Positions 1 through 8,137 of a stretch of 31,323 nucleotides of DNA are shown here, piece by piece (within the stretch, counting starts at the first letter, position 1; the number at the start of each line of letters is the position of its first letter). The position numbers and the translations under genes were made by a program. The notes below the pieces were generated by a model that saw only the letters and a list, made by a program, of their open reading frames with translations, ran no database searches and was not told the DNA's origin. Source of the DNA: Anaerolineae bacterium. Its GTDB lineage: Bacteria > Chloroflexota > Anaerolineae > B4-G1. The stretch spans positions 1 through 31,323 of the forward strand of contig JALWUZ010000012.1 of NCBI GenBank assembly GCA_027079895.1, in the 5' to 3' direction.

Positions 1-1122
1 GGGGGACAACCGGCGGGGGGGCAACCGCGAGGGTTGCCCCTACCGGCCCAGGACGGGCAACCGGTAGGGGCCGGTCTTGCACCGGCCCAAGAAAGGTTGC
101 CCCTACCGGCCAGTGTGGATTTCGCCACCGCCCGCACCGAGTTCTACACTCACCCGACGGCTCTCCCCCAGGTGGAGCGCAGTTCCATCAAACAGGACCT
201 CCATCGGCGGGATTTCACCATCAACACGCTGGCGATCCGGCTCGACCCGGCCCATTGGGGGGAGTTGCTGGATTTCTACGGCGGGGAGGCCGACCTGCGC
301 AACGGGGTCATCCGCGTCCTGCACAGTCTCAGTTTCGTGGACGATCCGACCCGGATGTTGCGGGCGGCCCGGCTGGAAAGTCGGCTGGGGTTCCGCCTCG
401 ACCCGCGCAGTGAGCAGTTGATCGGCGACGCGCTGCCGCTGCTGAAGCGGGTCAGCGGAGACCGCATCCGCCACGAGTTGGAGTTGATTTTCCGCGAGGC
501 GGAGCCGGAACGTGCGCTCTGCCGGTTGGAGGAGTTGGGGGTGTTGGAGCAGATTCATCCCCGCCTGCAGTGCGACGAGTGGCTGCGCCGGAAGTATCGC
601 GCTCTGCGCCGCAGCCGGTCGTCCTCCCCCGGTTTGGCGGACTGGGGCCTGGGCGATGACGATCTGCCGTTCCTGTACCTGGCCCTGCTGGTCTACCGGC
701 TCACCGAGGATGAACTGGGGCGGTTGCTCAACCGGTTGAACGGCCCACGCGCCGACCGGGACGCGCTGCGGTGGCTGCCGGAACTGAAACGGGCCCTCCC
801 GCGCCTGGGAAAAGCGCGGAAGGCCAGCGCGGCGGCCCGGATTCTGCGGCCCTATCCGGCCCGTATTCTGGCGGTCGCCTGGGTCGCCACCAACCGGCCC
901 CGGCTGCGAGGCCGCCTGCTCCGGTATCAGACGGAATGGCGGGCGGTGGAGCCGGAGTTGACCGGCGACGATTTGAAGGAAATGGGGCTCAAGCCCGGGC
1001 CGCTCTTCCGGCATCTGTTGTCCGCGTTGCGGGACGCCCGTTTGGACGGGAAAGCCCACACGCGGGAGGAGGAGGTGGCCGTGGTGCGGAAGTTGCTGGC
1101 AGAGGAGGGTCTGTTGCGATGA
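1..1122 (+). CDS. cca: Class II tRNA nucleotidyltransferase (CCA- or A-adding enzyme), 5'-truncated by the window edge
   Basis: Motifs VDFATARTEFY, QDLHRRDFTINT and SFVDDPTRMLRAAR. Frame 1 has no stop from base 1, so the true start is upstream and the TTG at 34 is not the start. Confidence 0.9.
   Translation, partial: GGQPAGGQPRGLPLPAQDGQPVGAGLAPAQERLPLPASVDFATARTEFYTHPTALPQVERSSIKQDLHRRDFTINTLAIRLDPAHWGELLDFYGGEADLRNGVIRVLHSLSFVDDPTRMLRAARLESRLGFRLDPRSEQLIGDALPLLKRVSGDRIRHELELIFREAEPERALCRLEELGVLEQIHPRLQCDEWLRRKYRALRRSRSSSPGLADWGLGDDDLPFLYLALLVYRLTEDELGRLLNRLNGPRADRDALRWLPELKRALPRLGKARKASAAARILRPYPARILAVAWVATNRPRLRGRLLRYQTEWRAVEPELTGDDLKEMGLKPGPLFRHLLSALRDARLDGKAHTREEEVAVVRKLLAEEGLLR
18..111. 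repeat. Cluster of GTAG-type REP-like palindromes inside the nucleotidyltransferase reading frame
   Basis: Hairpin GGGGCAACC(18-26)/GGTTGCCCC(32-40)+TAC. Second unit GGGCAACC(55-62)/GGTTGCCC(95-102)+CTAC encloses GTAG-GGGCCGGT(68-75)/ACCGGCCC(81-88). 17-bp direct repeat GGTTGCCCCTACCGGCC at 32-48 and 95-111. Confidence 0.8.
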
Positions 1123-1415
1123 ACACTGTCATCACCGGCGATCCGATTCGGGTCGGGGAGCGGGAGTTGCTCCCGTTGGCCCAGGTGACGTTCTCCGGTC
1201 GGCGGCGGGTGTCGCTCACCGGCCGGGGGACGATGGCGCAGGTGTGGGCCGTCGCCCGGCTGCGCCCCATCGCCATCGTGGAACGCGGCGACCAGGGCGA
1301 ACGCCGAATCTCCATCCGGGACGAGACGGCCCGGCTGCTGAGCGGCCTGTTGCTGGCGGCGATTCTCATCCCGCTGCTGTTGGAAGTGGCCGTGCGGTTG
1401 TACCGGAGGGAATAG
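1119..1415 (+). CDS. Small YtfJ/GerW-like protein with C-terminal membrane helix (98 aa)
   Basis: ATG at 1119 overlaps the upstream stop (ATGA). GDPIRVGERELLPLAQV...RPIAIVE parallels GEPVTVEGRTIIPVAKI...QPLAVVE of the next gene. Hydrophobic C-terminus. Confidence 0.65.
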   Translation: MNTVITGDPIRVGERELLPLAQVTFSGRRRVSLTGRGTMAQVWAVARLRPIAIVERGDQGERRISIRDETARLLSGLLLAAILIPLLLEVAVRLYRRE

Positions 1416-1434
1416 TTCAGTTAAGGAGGCAGAG

Positions 1435-1854
1435 ATGGAGGCGATGATTCAGAAGTTGCTCGATTCTTTCACCGCTTTGCGGGAGCGGGCCAGCGTCAAC
1501 GCGCTCTTCGGCGAGCCCGTGACCGTCGAGGGACGCACCATCATCCCCGTCGCCAAGATCGCTTACGGCTTCGGGATGGGGGCGGGCACCGCGCCGGTCC
1601 TCTCCTCCACAGGGGAGCAGGAGGAGACGGACGAGGAGAGCCCTTCCCAGCCAGCGAATGAGGGGAGCGGGGGAGGCGGAGGGATGATGGGACAGCCGCT
1701 GGCGGTCGTCGAGGTGACGGAGGAGGCCGTGCGCGTGCAGCCTATCATTGACGAGCAGAAGGTGGCTCTGGCGGGGACGCTCCTCGCGGCGTGGATCGTC
1801 GGCTGGCTGGCCTACGCGCTGATGCGGATCTTCTCCCCCCGCCGGACGGCCTGA
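1435..1854 (+). CDS. ytfJ: YtfJ/GerW family protein
   Basis: FGEPVTVEGRTIIPVAKIAYGFGMG...GSGGGGG...QPLAVVEV signature; RBS AAGGAGG upstream. Confidence 0.85.
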   Translation: MEAMIQKLLDSFTALRERASVNALFGEPVTVEGRTIIPVAKIAYGFGMGAGTAPVLSSTGEQEETDEESPSQPANEGSGGGGGMMGQPLAVVEVTEEAVRVQPIIDEQKVALAGTLLAAWIVGWLAYALMRIFSPRRTA

Positions 1855-1892
1855 CAGGGGGCCGGATTCTCAAGCGAGATAAGGAGGACAGG

Positions 1893-2756
1893 ATGTTGCC
1901 GGAGTTCGATCTGTTGCAGCCCCGCAGTCTGCCGGAGGCGTTGGAGATGTTGTCCGCGCAGAGGGGGGGGGCGTTGCCGCTGGCCGGGGGGACGAATTTA
2001 GTCGTTGACCTGCGCAGCGGTCGCCGCCGTCCGTCGCTGCTGGTGGACATATCGCATCTCGACGAGTTATGCGCCATCCGGCGGGAGGGGGATAGGCTGG
2101 TGGTCGGCGGCGGGGCCACGATCGCCCAGATTTTGGACGAGCCGCTGATCGCCGAGTACGCGCCGTCGGTGCGGGAGGCGGCCCGGGTGTTCGCCAATCC
2201 GCTGGTGCGCAACCGGGCGACGGTGGGCGGGAATTTGGTGGACGGCTCGCCGGCGGCCAATATGCCGCCTCCGCTGTTGGTGCTGGACGCGGAGGTGGAG
2301 TTGAGCAGCCGTGACGGGCGGCGCACTATGCCGCTGGACGATTTCCTGCGCGGCGTGCGGCAGACGGCCCGCCGCCCGGATGAGTTGTTGACGGCGGTAC
2401 GGTGGGCGATTCCCGCGCCGGGGAGCGCGACGGCGTTCTACAAGGTCGGCCTGCGCAAGTCGGACGCCATCGCGGTGGTGGCGGTGGCGGTGCTGGTGGA
2501 GCAGGACGCGGCGGGGGTGTGCCGGAAGGCCCGCATCGCGCTGGGGTCGGTCGCGCCGCGCGTCATCCGGGCCCGCGAGGCGGAGTCCGCGCTGGAGGGG
2601 TATCCGCTGACGGAGGAGCGCGTCGCCGAGGCCGCCCGCCTGGCCGCCGCGGCGACCAGTCCCATCAGCGACATCCGGGCGTCGGCGGCCTACCGGCGGC
2701 AGGTGTCGGAGTCGCTGGTGCGGCGGTTGTTGCTCGCCGCCCGTGAGCAGGGGTGA
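1893..2756 (+). CDS. Molybdenum hydroxylase (xanthine dehydrogenase/CoxM family) FAD-binding subunit
   Basis: LAGGTNL, VRNRATVGGNLVDGSPAA and DIRASAAYR motifs. Start moved to ATG 1893, behind RBS AAGGAGG. Confidence 0.92.
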   Translation: MLPEFDLLQPRSLPEALEMLSAQRGGALPLAGGTNLVVDLRSGRRRPSLLVDISHLDELCAIRREGDRLVVGGGATIAQILDEPLIAEYAPSVREAARVFANPLVRNRATVGGNLVDGSPAANMPPPLLVLDAEVELSSRDGRRTMPLDDFLRGVRQTARRPDELLTAVRWAIPAPGSATAFYKVGLRKSDAIAVVAVAVLVEQDAAGVCRKARIALGSVAPRVIRAREAESALEGYPLTEERVAEAARLAAAATSPISDIRASAAYRRQVSESLVRRLLLAAREQG

Positions 2757-2759
2757 GGT

Positions 2760-3938
2760 ATGGGGCTGACGGGCATACGGGTCCGCAATTACCGCGTGCT
2801 GGCGGATATCGCCCTCGAGACCGGCGGGGTGAACGTGCTGTTCGGCCCCAACGGGTCCGGCAAGTCCACGCTGTTGGACGCCGTCCGGTTCGTCCACGAC
2901 TGCGCCGTCCAGGGGGTTGACGGGGCGTCGTCGTACCGCAACTACGGCGTCGGTGCGCTGTGGGACGGCGCGAATGGGGAGGCAGCCCTCACGATCACCC
3001 TCGAAACGGGAGCGTTCGTGTATCGGGTCGCCCTGGGGTATTCCGCCGGCCGAATCGTGCCCTTCGCCGGGGAGCGGTTGCTGGTCAGAGGGCAGACGAC
3101 GCCCCTGGTGGAGCGAAGGGTCGGGAGCAAGGAGGCCGAGTTTTACCGCGCCGACGGGGAGGTGGTCACGGTGTCCCTCCGGGAGCCGGAGCGGCTGGCG
3201 GTTTCGCGCTATCTGGAGTTCGACGAGGGTCGGCACGCCGTCGCCGCCGAGTTGGACGCGCTGCTCCGGTCGGTCAGTTTTTTCTACCTGCGCCAGGTCA
3301 ATCTGACGCGCCTCAAGCGGTTCGGTTCGGAGTCGAGCCACCACGTCCGGTTATGGGAGGACGGGCGGAATCTGTGGTCGGTCCTGCGCAATCTCCACGA
3401 CCGGCGGGCCGTTGACGGGCGTTACGACGCGATTATGGGCTTTATGCGGCGGGGCTTTCCGGGCTTCCGGGATTTGCTCATCGAGCAGACGGGGCCCAAT
3501 GCGGTGTACGGCAGTATCATCGAGGAGCACCACCGCCGCCCCATTATGGCGTCCGACGTGTCCGATGGGTATCTCCAGGCCCTGGCGCTGCTGACGGCCT
3601 TGTTCTCCGAGGGGCGGGAGAGGCCATCGCTGCTCCTGTTCGACGAGCCGGAGATCTCTCTGCACCCTTACGCTCTGGCGGTCTTCGCCGAGGCCGTCAG
3701 GGAGGCCGTGACGGGATGGCAGCGGCAGGTGTTCATCGCCACCCATTCGCCGGTGCTCATCAGCCAGTTCGCGCCGGAGGAGGTTCTGGCGACGCGGGTC
3801 GCCCCCGACGGGCGGGCTGTCATCACGCGGGTCAGTGAGATGGAGGAGGTCGGCGACTTGGTGGCGGAGTACGCCATCGGGTCGCTCTACATGGCGGAGA
3901 TGATCGCGCCGCAGAGCCGGTTGGAGGGCGAGGGATAA
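2760..3938 (+). CDS. ABC-superfamily (AAA_21/COG4637-like) soluble ATPase
   Basis: Walker A GPNGSGKST, signature-like VSDG, Walker B LLLFDEPE, H-loop ATHS; no transmembrane segments. Confidence 0.88.
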   Translation: MGLTGIRVRNYRVLADIALETGGVNVLFGPNGSGKSTLLDAVRFVHDCAVQGVDGASSYRNYGVGALWDGANGEAALTITLETGAFVYRVALGYSAGRIVPFAGERLLVRGQTTPLVERRVGSKEAEFYRADGEVVTVSLREPERLAVSRYLEFDEGRHAVAAELDALLRSVSFFYLRQVNLTRLKRFGSESSHHVRLWEDGRNLWSVLRNLHDRRAVDGRYDAIMGFMRRGFPGFRDLLIEQTGPNAVYGSIIEEHHRRPIMASDVSDGYLQALALLTALFSEGRERPSLLLFDEPEISLHPYALAVFAEAVREAVTGWQRQVFIATHSPVLISQFAPEEVLATRVAPDGRAVITRVSEMEEVGDLVAEYAIGSLYMAEMIAPQSRLEGEG

Positions 3939-4690
3939 TGGAAGCGGCCTGCTTCTATCTCCGCTTCGGGCTGATAGTGACCGGTAGGACGGAGGAGGAA
4001 CACTTGCCGAAGTTGTTCCGCTCGCTCGCGGCGACCGGCCTCTGCCACTTCGAGGTGATTCGCCGAATCGGTCAACGGGGGCCGGTCACTTCAGTACGCC
4101 GACGATTGCGGATAGTCGGCAGTGGGCAGGTTATCCCCACGAAGGATGTCACCGAAATCGGGTTTCCGGCCCGACGGTATCTGTCCGCCGGATGTCGGCT
4201 GGTGGTGCTGGTGGATGACTTGGAACGCCGTCGTCGAGGGCAGGCGGCGGAGATTTTCCAACGCTACAGGGAAGCAATTGACGCTGTGTTGAACGTCGAG
4301 CAACGCCGCCGAGCGGCAGTGCATTTTCTGGTCAATATGCTGGAAGCCTACTATTTCGCCGACGCCGAGGCGGTCAACGCGGCTCTGGGGCTGAAGCCGC
4401 CGTTGCGGGATTACGAAGGCGATGTGGAGGCTATCCGCAATCCCAAGAGCGAGCTCAGGCAACTCTACCCGGCGTTCGATGAGGTGGCGGACGGGGAGCG
4501 GATATTGTCGCTCCTCGACGTGGAGCATATCCTGGCCCGCCCGGAGACGTGTGCCTGGCTTAGAACGTTGTTCGCCTGGTGCGTGCAGGCGTTGGCGCGG
4601 TTGTCGTCATTCGATGTCGCCCCGTTGGGGGAACGGTATCATCTCCATGATGGGGTGTTGAGCCCCGTCACGGGGGTACAGTTGGAGTAG
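3938..4690 (+). CDS. DUF4276-like (TOPRIM-related) partner of the ABC ATPase
   Basis: Start overlaps the ATPase stop (TAATG). LIVTGRTEE, LVDDLE and MLEAYYFAD..NPKSEL motifs resemble DUF4276. Family assignment by eye. Confidence 0.65.
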   Translation: MEAACFYLRFGLIVTGRTEEEHLPKLFRSLAATGLCHFEVIRRIGQRGPVTSVRRRLRIVGSGQVIPTKDVTEIGFPARRYLSAGCRLVVLVDDLERRRRGQAAEIFQRYREAIDAVLNVEQRRRAAVHFLVNMLEAYYFADAEAVNAALGLKPPLRDYEGDVEAIRNPKSELRQLYPAFDEVADGERILSLLDVEHILARPETCAWLRTLFAWCVQALARLSSFDVAPLGERYHLHDGVLSPVTGVQLE

Positions 4691-4708
4691 TGAGCAAGGA
4701 GATTCGAT

Positions 4709-5179
4709 ATGCAGGTCAAGGCTATCACTCTCAAGGTGAACGGGCGTACCCATTATGTCGCTCTGCCGCCGAACGTGACGTTGCTCCGTGCGCTGCGCGA
4801 CCTGGGGTATACCGATGTCAAGAGCGGCTGCGAGAAGGGGGACTGCGGCGCGTGCGCTGTCCTTCTCGACGGTCAGGCGGTCAACAGTTGCCTGGTGCTG
4901 GCCTGGCAGGCCGAGGGGGCGGAGATCATCACCAATTCCGGCCTGGGGACGATGGAGCACCCTCACCCTATCCAGGAGGCGTTCGCCGACACCGGAGCAG
5001 CGCAGTGCGGGTACTGCACGCCGGGGATGATCATCTCCGCCAAGGCGTTGCTCGACCGGAATCCGCACCCGACGGTGGACGAGATTCGGGAGGCGATCGC
5101 GGGGAATCTGTGCCGCTGCACCGGCTACGGCCAGATCATCGAGGCGATTCAGCGGGCCAGCGCGATGATGGGGCAGTAG
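4709..5179 (+). CDS. Molybdenum hydroxylase 2x[2Fe-2S] small subunit (CoxS-like)
   Basis: GCEKGDCGAC, QCGYCTPG and GNLCRCTGY motifs. Confidence 0.95.
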   Translation: MQVKAITLKVNGRTHYVALPPNVTLLRALRDLGYTDVKSGCEKGDCGACAVLLDGQAVNSCLVLAWQAEGAEIITNSGLGTMEHPHPIQEAFADTGAAQCGYCTPGMIISAKALLDRNPHPTVDEIREAIAGNLCRCTGYGQIIEAIQRASAMMGQ

Positions 5180-5193
5180 GTCAGGAGGGAAAG

Positions 5194-7533
5194 ATGTACA
5201 CAGCCAAACCGTTACCGGAAGTCAATCTCCCCCCGTTGCGCGTGGTCGGCAAGCCGCTGCGCCGCGTGGACGCTTTGGGCAAGACGACCGGCGCGCTGGT
5301 TTACGCCGGGGATTTCAGTATGCCGAATATGTTGCACGCAAAGGTGTTCCGCTCTACGCAGGCTTCGGCCCGCATCAGGCGGCTGGATGTGAGCCGGGCA
5401 CGGGCGTTGGAGGGGGTCGTCTGTGTGCTGACGGCGGATGATCTGCCGGACGCTAAACTGGTCACGGATATGCCCGGCCAGACCGGACAGAAGCAGCGGA
5501 AGGGGTCGGACGCGCCGGTGTTGGCCGCCGACCGGGTGCGCTTCGCCGGGGAGCCAATCGCGCTCGTCGCCGCCGAGACGCTGGAGCAGGCGGAGAGGGC
5601 GTTGGAGTTGATCGAGGTTGAGTATGAGCCGCTGCCGGGGGTCTTCGACCCGTTGGAGGCGATGAAGCCGGGCGCGCCGGTAGTCTACGAGCCGGATAAC
5701 ATCGTCGCCCGCTGGAAAATCCGCAAGGGGGACGTGGAGGCCGGGTTCGCCGTCGCCGATGAGATCGTCGAGAATACTTTTCGCGTCCCGTTCGTGGATC
5801 ACGCTTATCTGGAACCGGAGGCGGGGGTGGCCTGGGTGGACGGGCGCGGGGTCATCAATATCCGCGTCTGTACGCAGGTGGTGGAGCATTTCCGCAGCAT
5901 CGCCCGCGCCGTCGGCGTGCCGCACAATAAGATTCACGTCCAGGGGACGATGTTGGGCGGGGGGTTCGGCGGTAAGGAGGACATCACCGTCGAGATTTTC
6001 CTCGCGCTGCTGGCGAAGCATACCCGCCGCCCCGTCAAACTGGTCTATACCCGTGAGGAGTCCATCCAGGCCCACTCCAAACGGCATCCGTTCATCATCA
6101 CGCACCGGACGGGGGTCAAGCGGAACGGGCGCATCACCGCCGCCGAGATTACGATGGTCTCCGACGCCGGGGCCTATCCTTATCTCAGTCCTTACGTGCT
6201 GCTCTACGCCACGATCGCCTCGACCGGGCCGTATCGGGTGGATAATCTCAAGGTGGACAGTGTCTCCGTCGCCACGAATAATCCGTTCACCAGCGCGTTC
6301 CGGGGTTTCGGGGCGGCGCAGGCGGCGGTCGCCTACGAGCAGCAAATGGACGAAATCGCCAAGAGGCTGGGGCTCGACCGGCTAGAGGTGCGGCGGGTCA
6401 ATTATCTCAAGACCGGCGACCGGAATACCACCGGGCAGGTCATCAGGAGCGCGGCCTGGTTGGAGGAGACGGCGACGCGGGTGTTGGAGGCTCTGGGGGA
6501 GAAGAGCGAGCCGCCCAACGAGCACGTGCGGATTGGGCAGGGGTTCGCCTCTTACTGGCAGAGTTATGGCCGCATCACTTGGTTCCACGACACTTCCCGC
6601 GCCTGGGTGGGGCTGGAGTTGGACGGGAGCGCGGTCATCCGGTGCGGCGTCCCTGACCTGGGGGCGGGACAGGTGAACAGTCTATGCCAGATCACCGCCG
6701 AGGTGCTGGGGGTGCCGCTGGAGGAGATCACGATTTACAGCACCGATTCCGCGCTGACGCCGCTGGCCGGGACTTCGACCGCCACCCGGCAGTTGTATAT
6801 GTCGGGGAACGCGGTTTACATGGCGGCCAGTAACGTGCGCCGGGTGCTGCTCGACCGGGCCTCCAAGTATTTCGAGGAGGAGCCGGAGAATCTGGACTTG
6901 GCGGACGGCAAGGTGTTCGTGAAAAGCGACCCGGAGAACGCGCTGCCGCTGGCGGAGTTGGCGGGGATGTGCGCGGCGGACGGGCTGCCGCTCTCGAATC
7001 TGGCGCTGTTCCGCGCCCCGTTCACCGCCAAACTGGACCCGGAGAATCTGCGGGGCGATGTTTTCCCCGATTTCACTTTCGGGGCGCACGGGGTGGAGGT
7101 GGCGGTTGACACGGAGACCGGCGAGGTGACGCTGCTCAAGTCGGTGGCCTGTCACGATGTGGGACGGGCGATCAACCGGGCCGCCGTCGTGGGGCAGATT
7201 CAGGGCGGCAGTGCGCAGGGTATCGGTTACGCGCTGATGGAGGAGGTGCAGGTCAAGGAGGGTATCATCCAAACGCCGTCGCTGTCGGAGTATCTGATTC
7301 CGACGGCGTTGGACCTCCCCATCACTCAGGCGTTCGTGCTCGAATCGGGGACGGGGATGGGGCCCTTCGGGGCGAAGGGAATCGGGGAGCCGTCGCTGAC
7401 GCCGGCGGCTCCGGCGGTCGCCAACGCAGTGGCGGACGCGCTGGGGGTGCGTATCCACAGTCTGCCGCTGACGCCGGAGAAGGTGTTGGCGGCGGTGCGC
7501 GGCGCGTCTGAGCCCGAATCCGGCGAAAATTGA
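5194..7533 (+). CDS. Molybdopterin-binding large subunit, xanthine dehydrogenase family
   Basis: HAYLEPE, GGGFGGKE, AFRGFG and GAKGIGE motifs. Real start is ATG 5194 after RBS AGGAGGG, not 4690. Confidence 0.93.
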   Translation: MYTAKPLPEVNLPPLRVVGKPLRRVDALGKTTGALVYAGDFSMPNMLHAKVFRSTQASARIRRLDVSRARALEGVVCVLTADDLPDAKLVTDMPGQTGQKQRKGSDAPVLAADRVRFAGEPIALVAAETLEQAERALELIEVEYEPLPGVFDPLEAMKPGAPVVYEPDNIVARWKIRKGDVEAGFAVADEIVENTFRVPFVDHAYLEPEAGVAWVDGRGVINIRVCTQVVEHFRSIARAVGVPHNKIHVQGTMLGGGFGGKEDITVEIFLALLAKHTRRPVKLVYTREESIQAHSKRHPFIITHRTGVKRNGRITAAEITMVSDAGAYPYLSPYVLLYATIASTGPYRVDNLKVDSVSVATNNPFTSAFRGFGAAQAAVAYEQQMDEIAKRLGLDRLEVRRVNYLKTGDRNTTGQVIRSAAWLEETATRVLEALGEKSEPPNEHVRIGQGFASYWQSYGRITWFHDTSRAWVGLELDGSAVIRCGVPDLGAGQVNSLCQITAEVLGVPLEEITIYSTDSALTPLAGTSTATRQLYMSGNAVYMAASNVRRVLLDRASKYFEEEPENLDLADGKVFVKSDPENALPLAELAGMCAADGLPLSNLALFRAPFTAKLDPENLRGDVFPDFTFGAHGVEVAVDTETGEVTLLKSVACHDVGRAINRAAVVGQIQGGSAQGIGYALMEEVQVKEGIIQTPSLSEYLIPTALDLPITQAFVLESGTGMGPFGAKGIGEPSLTPAAPAVANAVADALGVRIHSLPLTPEKVLAAVRGASEPESGEN

Positions 7534-7540
7534 GCGTTGG

Positions 7541-7576
7541 CCTCCCGCCGGTTCGTCCATCGGCGGGAGGTTTTTT
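7541..7576 (+). terminator. Rho-independent terminator
   Basis: Perfect 10-bp stem CCTCCCGCCG/CGGCGGGAGG with 10-nt loop, followed by TTTTTT, 8 nt after the stop codon. Confidence 0.88.
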
Positions 7577-7599
7577 GTCCACCGTGAACGGAGCGAGGA

Positions 7600-7708
7600 A
7601 TGATGGAAGCGATCGAGCGTCTGTTGAAGGCAGCGCGACGGCAGCGCATGGAATGCGCTGCCTGGCCTGGGGAGAAGGATGATGGAAGCGATTGAGCGTC
7701 TGTTGAAG
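7600..7708 (+). repeat. 30-bp direct repeat (29/30 identical) of the thioesterase 5' end, flanking a hairpin
   Basis: ATGATGGAAGCGATYGAGCGTCTGTTGAAG at 7600-7629 and 7679-7708; stem GGCAGCGCAT(7640-7649)/ATGCGCTGCC(7653-7662). Confidence 0.9.
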
Positions 7709-8137
7709 CCTTATCCGGTCGCCATCGAACTCCCGGTGTTGTGGGGGGAGATGGACGCTTTCCAGCACGTCAACAACGTGGTCTACTTTCGGTATTTCGA
7801 GAGCGGGCGCATCGCTTATCTGGAAGAGGCCGGGATGGTGCGGTTTATGGAGCGCAGCGGTATCGGGCCGATTCTCGCATCGGTGGGGTGCCGCTTCCGC
7901 GTCCCGCTGACCTATCCCGATACGGTCTCCGTCGCCGTGCGGGTGACGGAGGTAGGAGAGGATCGGTTCACGATGGAGCACGCCGTCATCAGTCATAAGT
8001 TGGGGAAGGTGGCGGCCATCGGCGAGGGGGTGATCGTGACTTACGATTATCGGGCCCGCCGAAAGGTGTCGCTGCCGGACGAGGTGCGGCGGATGATCGC
8101 GGCGGTGGAGGGGTCGCTGCCGAAAGGGGGACGCTGA
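7679..8137 (+). CDS. Hotdog-fold acyl-CoA thioesterase (4HBT/YbgC-FadM family)
   Basis: WGEMDAFQHVNNVVYFRYFESGR motif. Confidence 0.9.
   Translation: MMEAIERLLKPYPVAIELPVLWGEMDAFQHVNNVVYFRYFESGRIAYLEEAGMVRFMERSGIGPILASVGCRFRVPLTYPDTVSVAVRVTEVGEDRFTMEHAVISHKLGKVAAIGEGVIVTYDYRARRKVSLPDEVRRMIAAVEGSLPKGGR

Noticed and set aside
4690-5193. N-terminal extension of the 947-aa ORF (4690-7533)
   Set aside because: Overlaps the clear 2Fe-2S gene in another frame; the real start is ATG 5194 with an RBS
5194-7533. Aerobic CO dehydrogenase (CoxL) or 4-hydroxybenzoyl-CoA reductase
   Set aside because: The active-site loop is AFRGFG, not AYxCSFR, and the FAD subunit lacks the [4Fe-4S] Cys insert of HcrB
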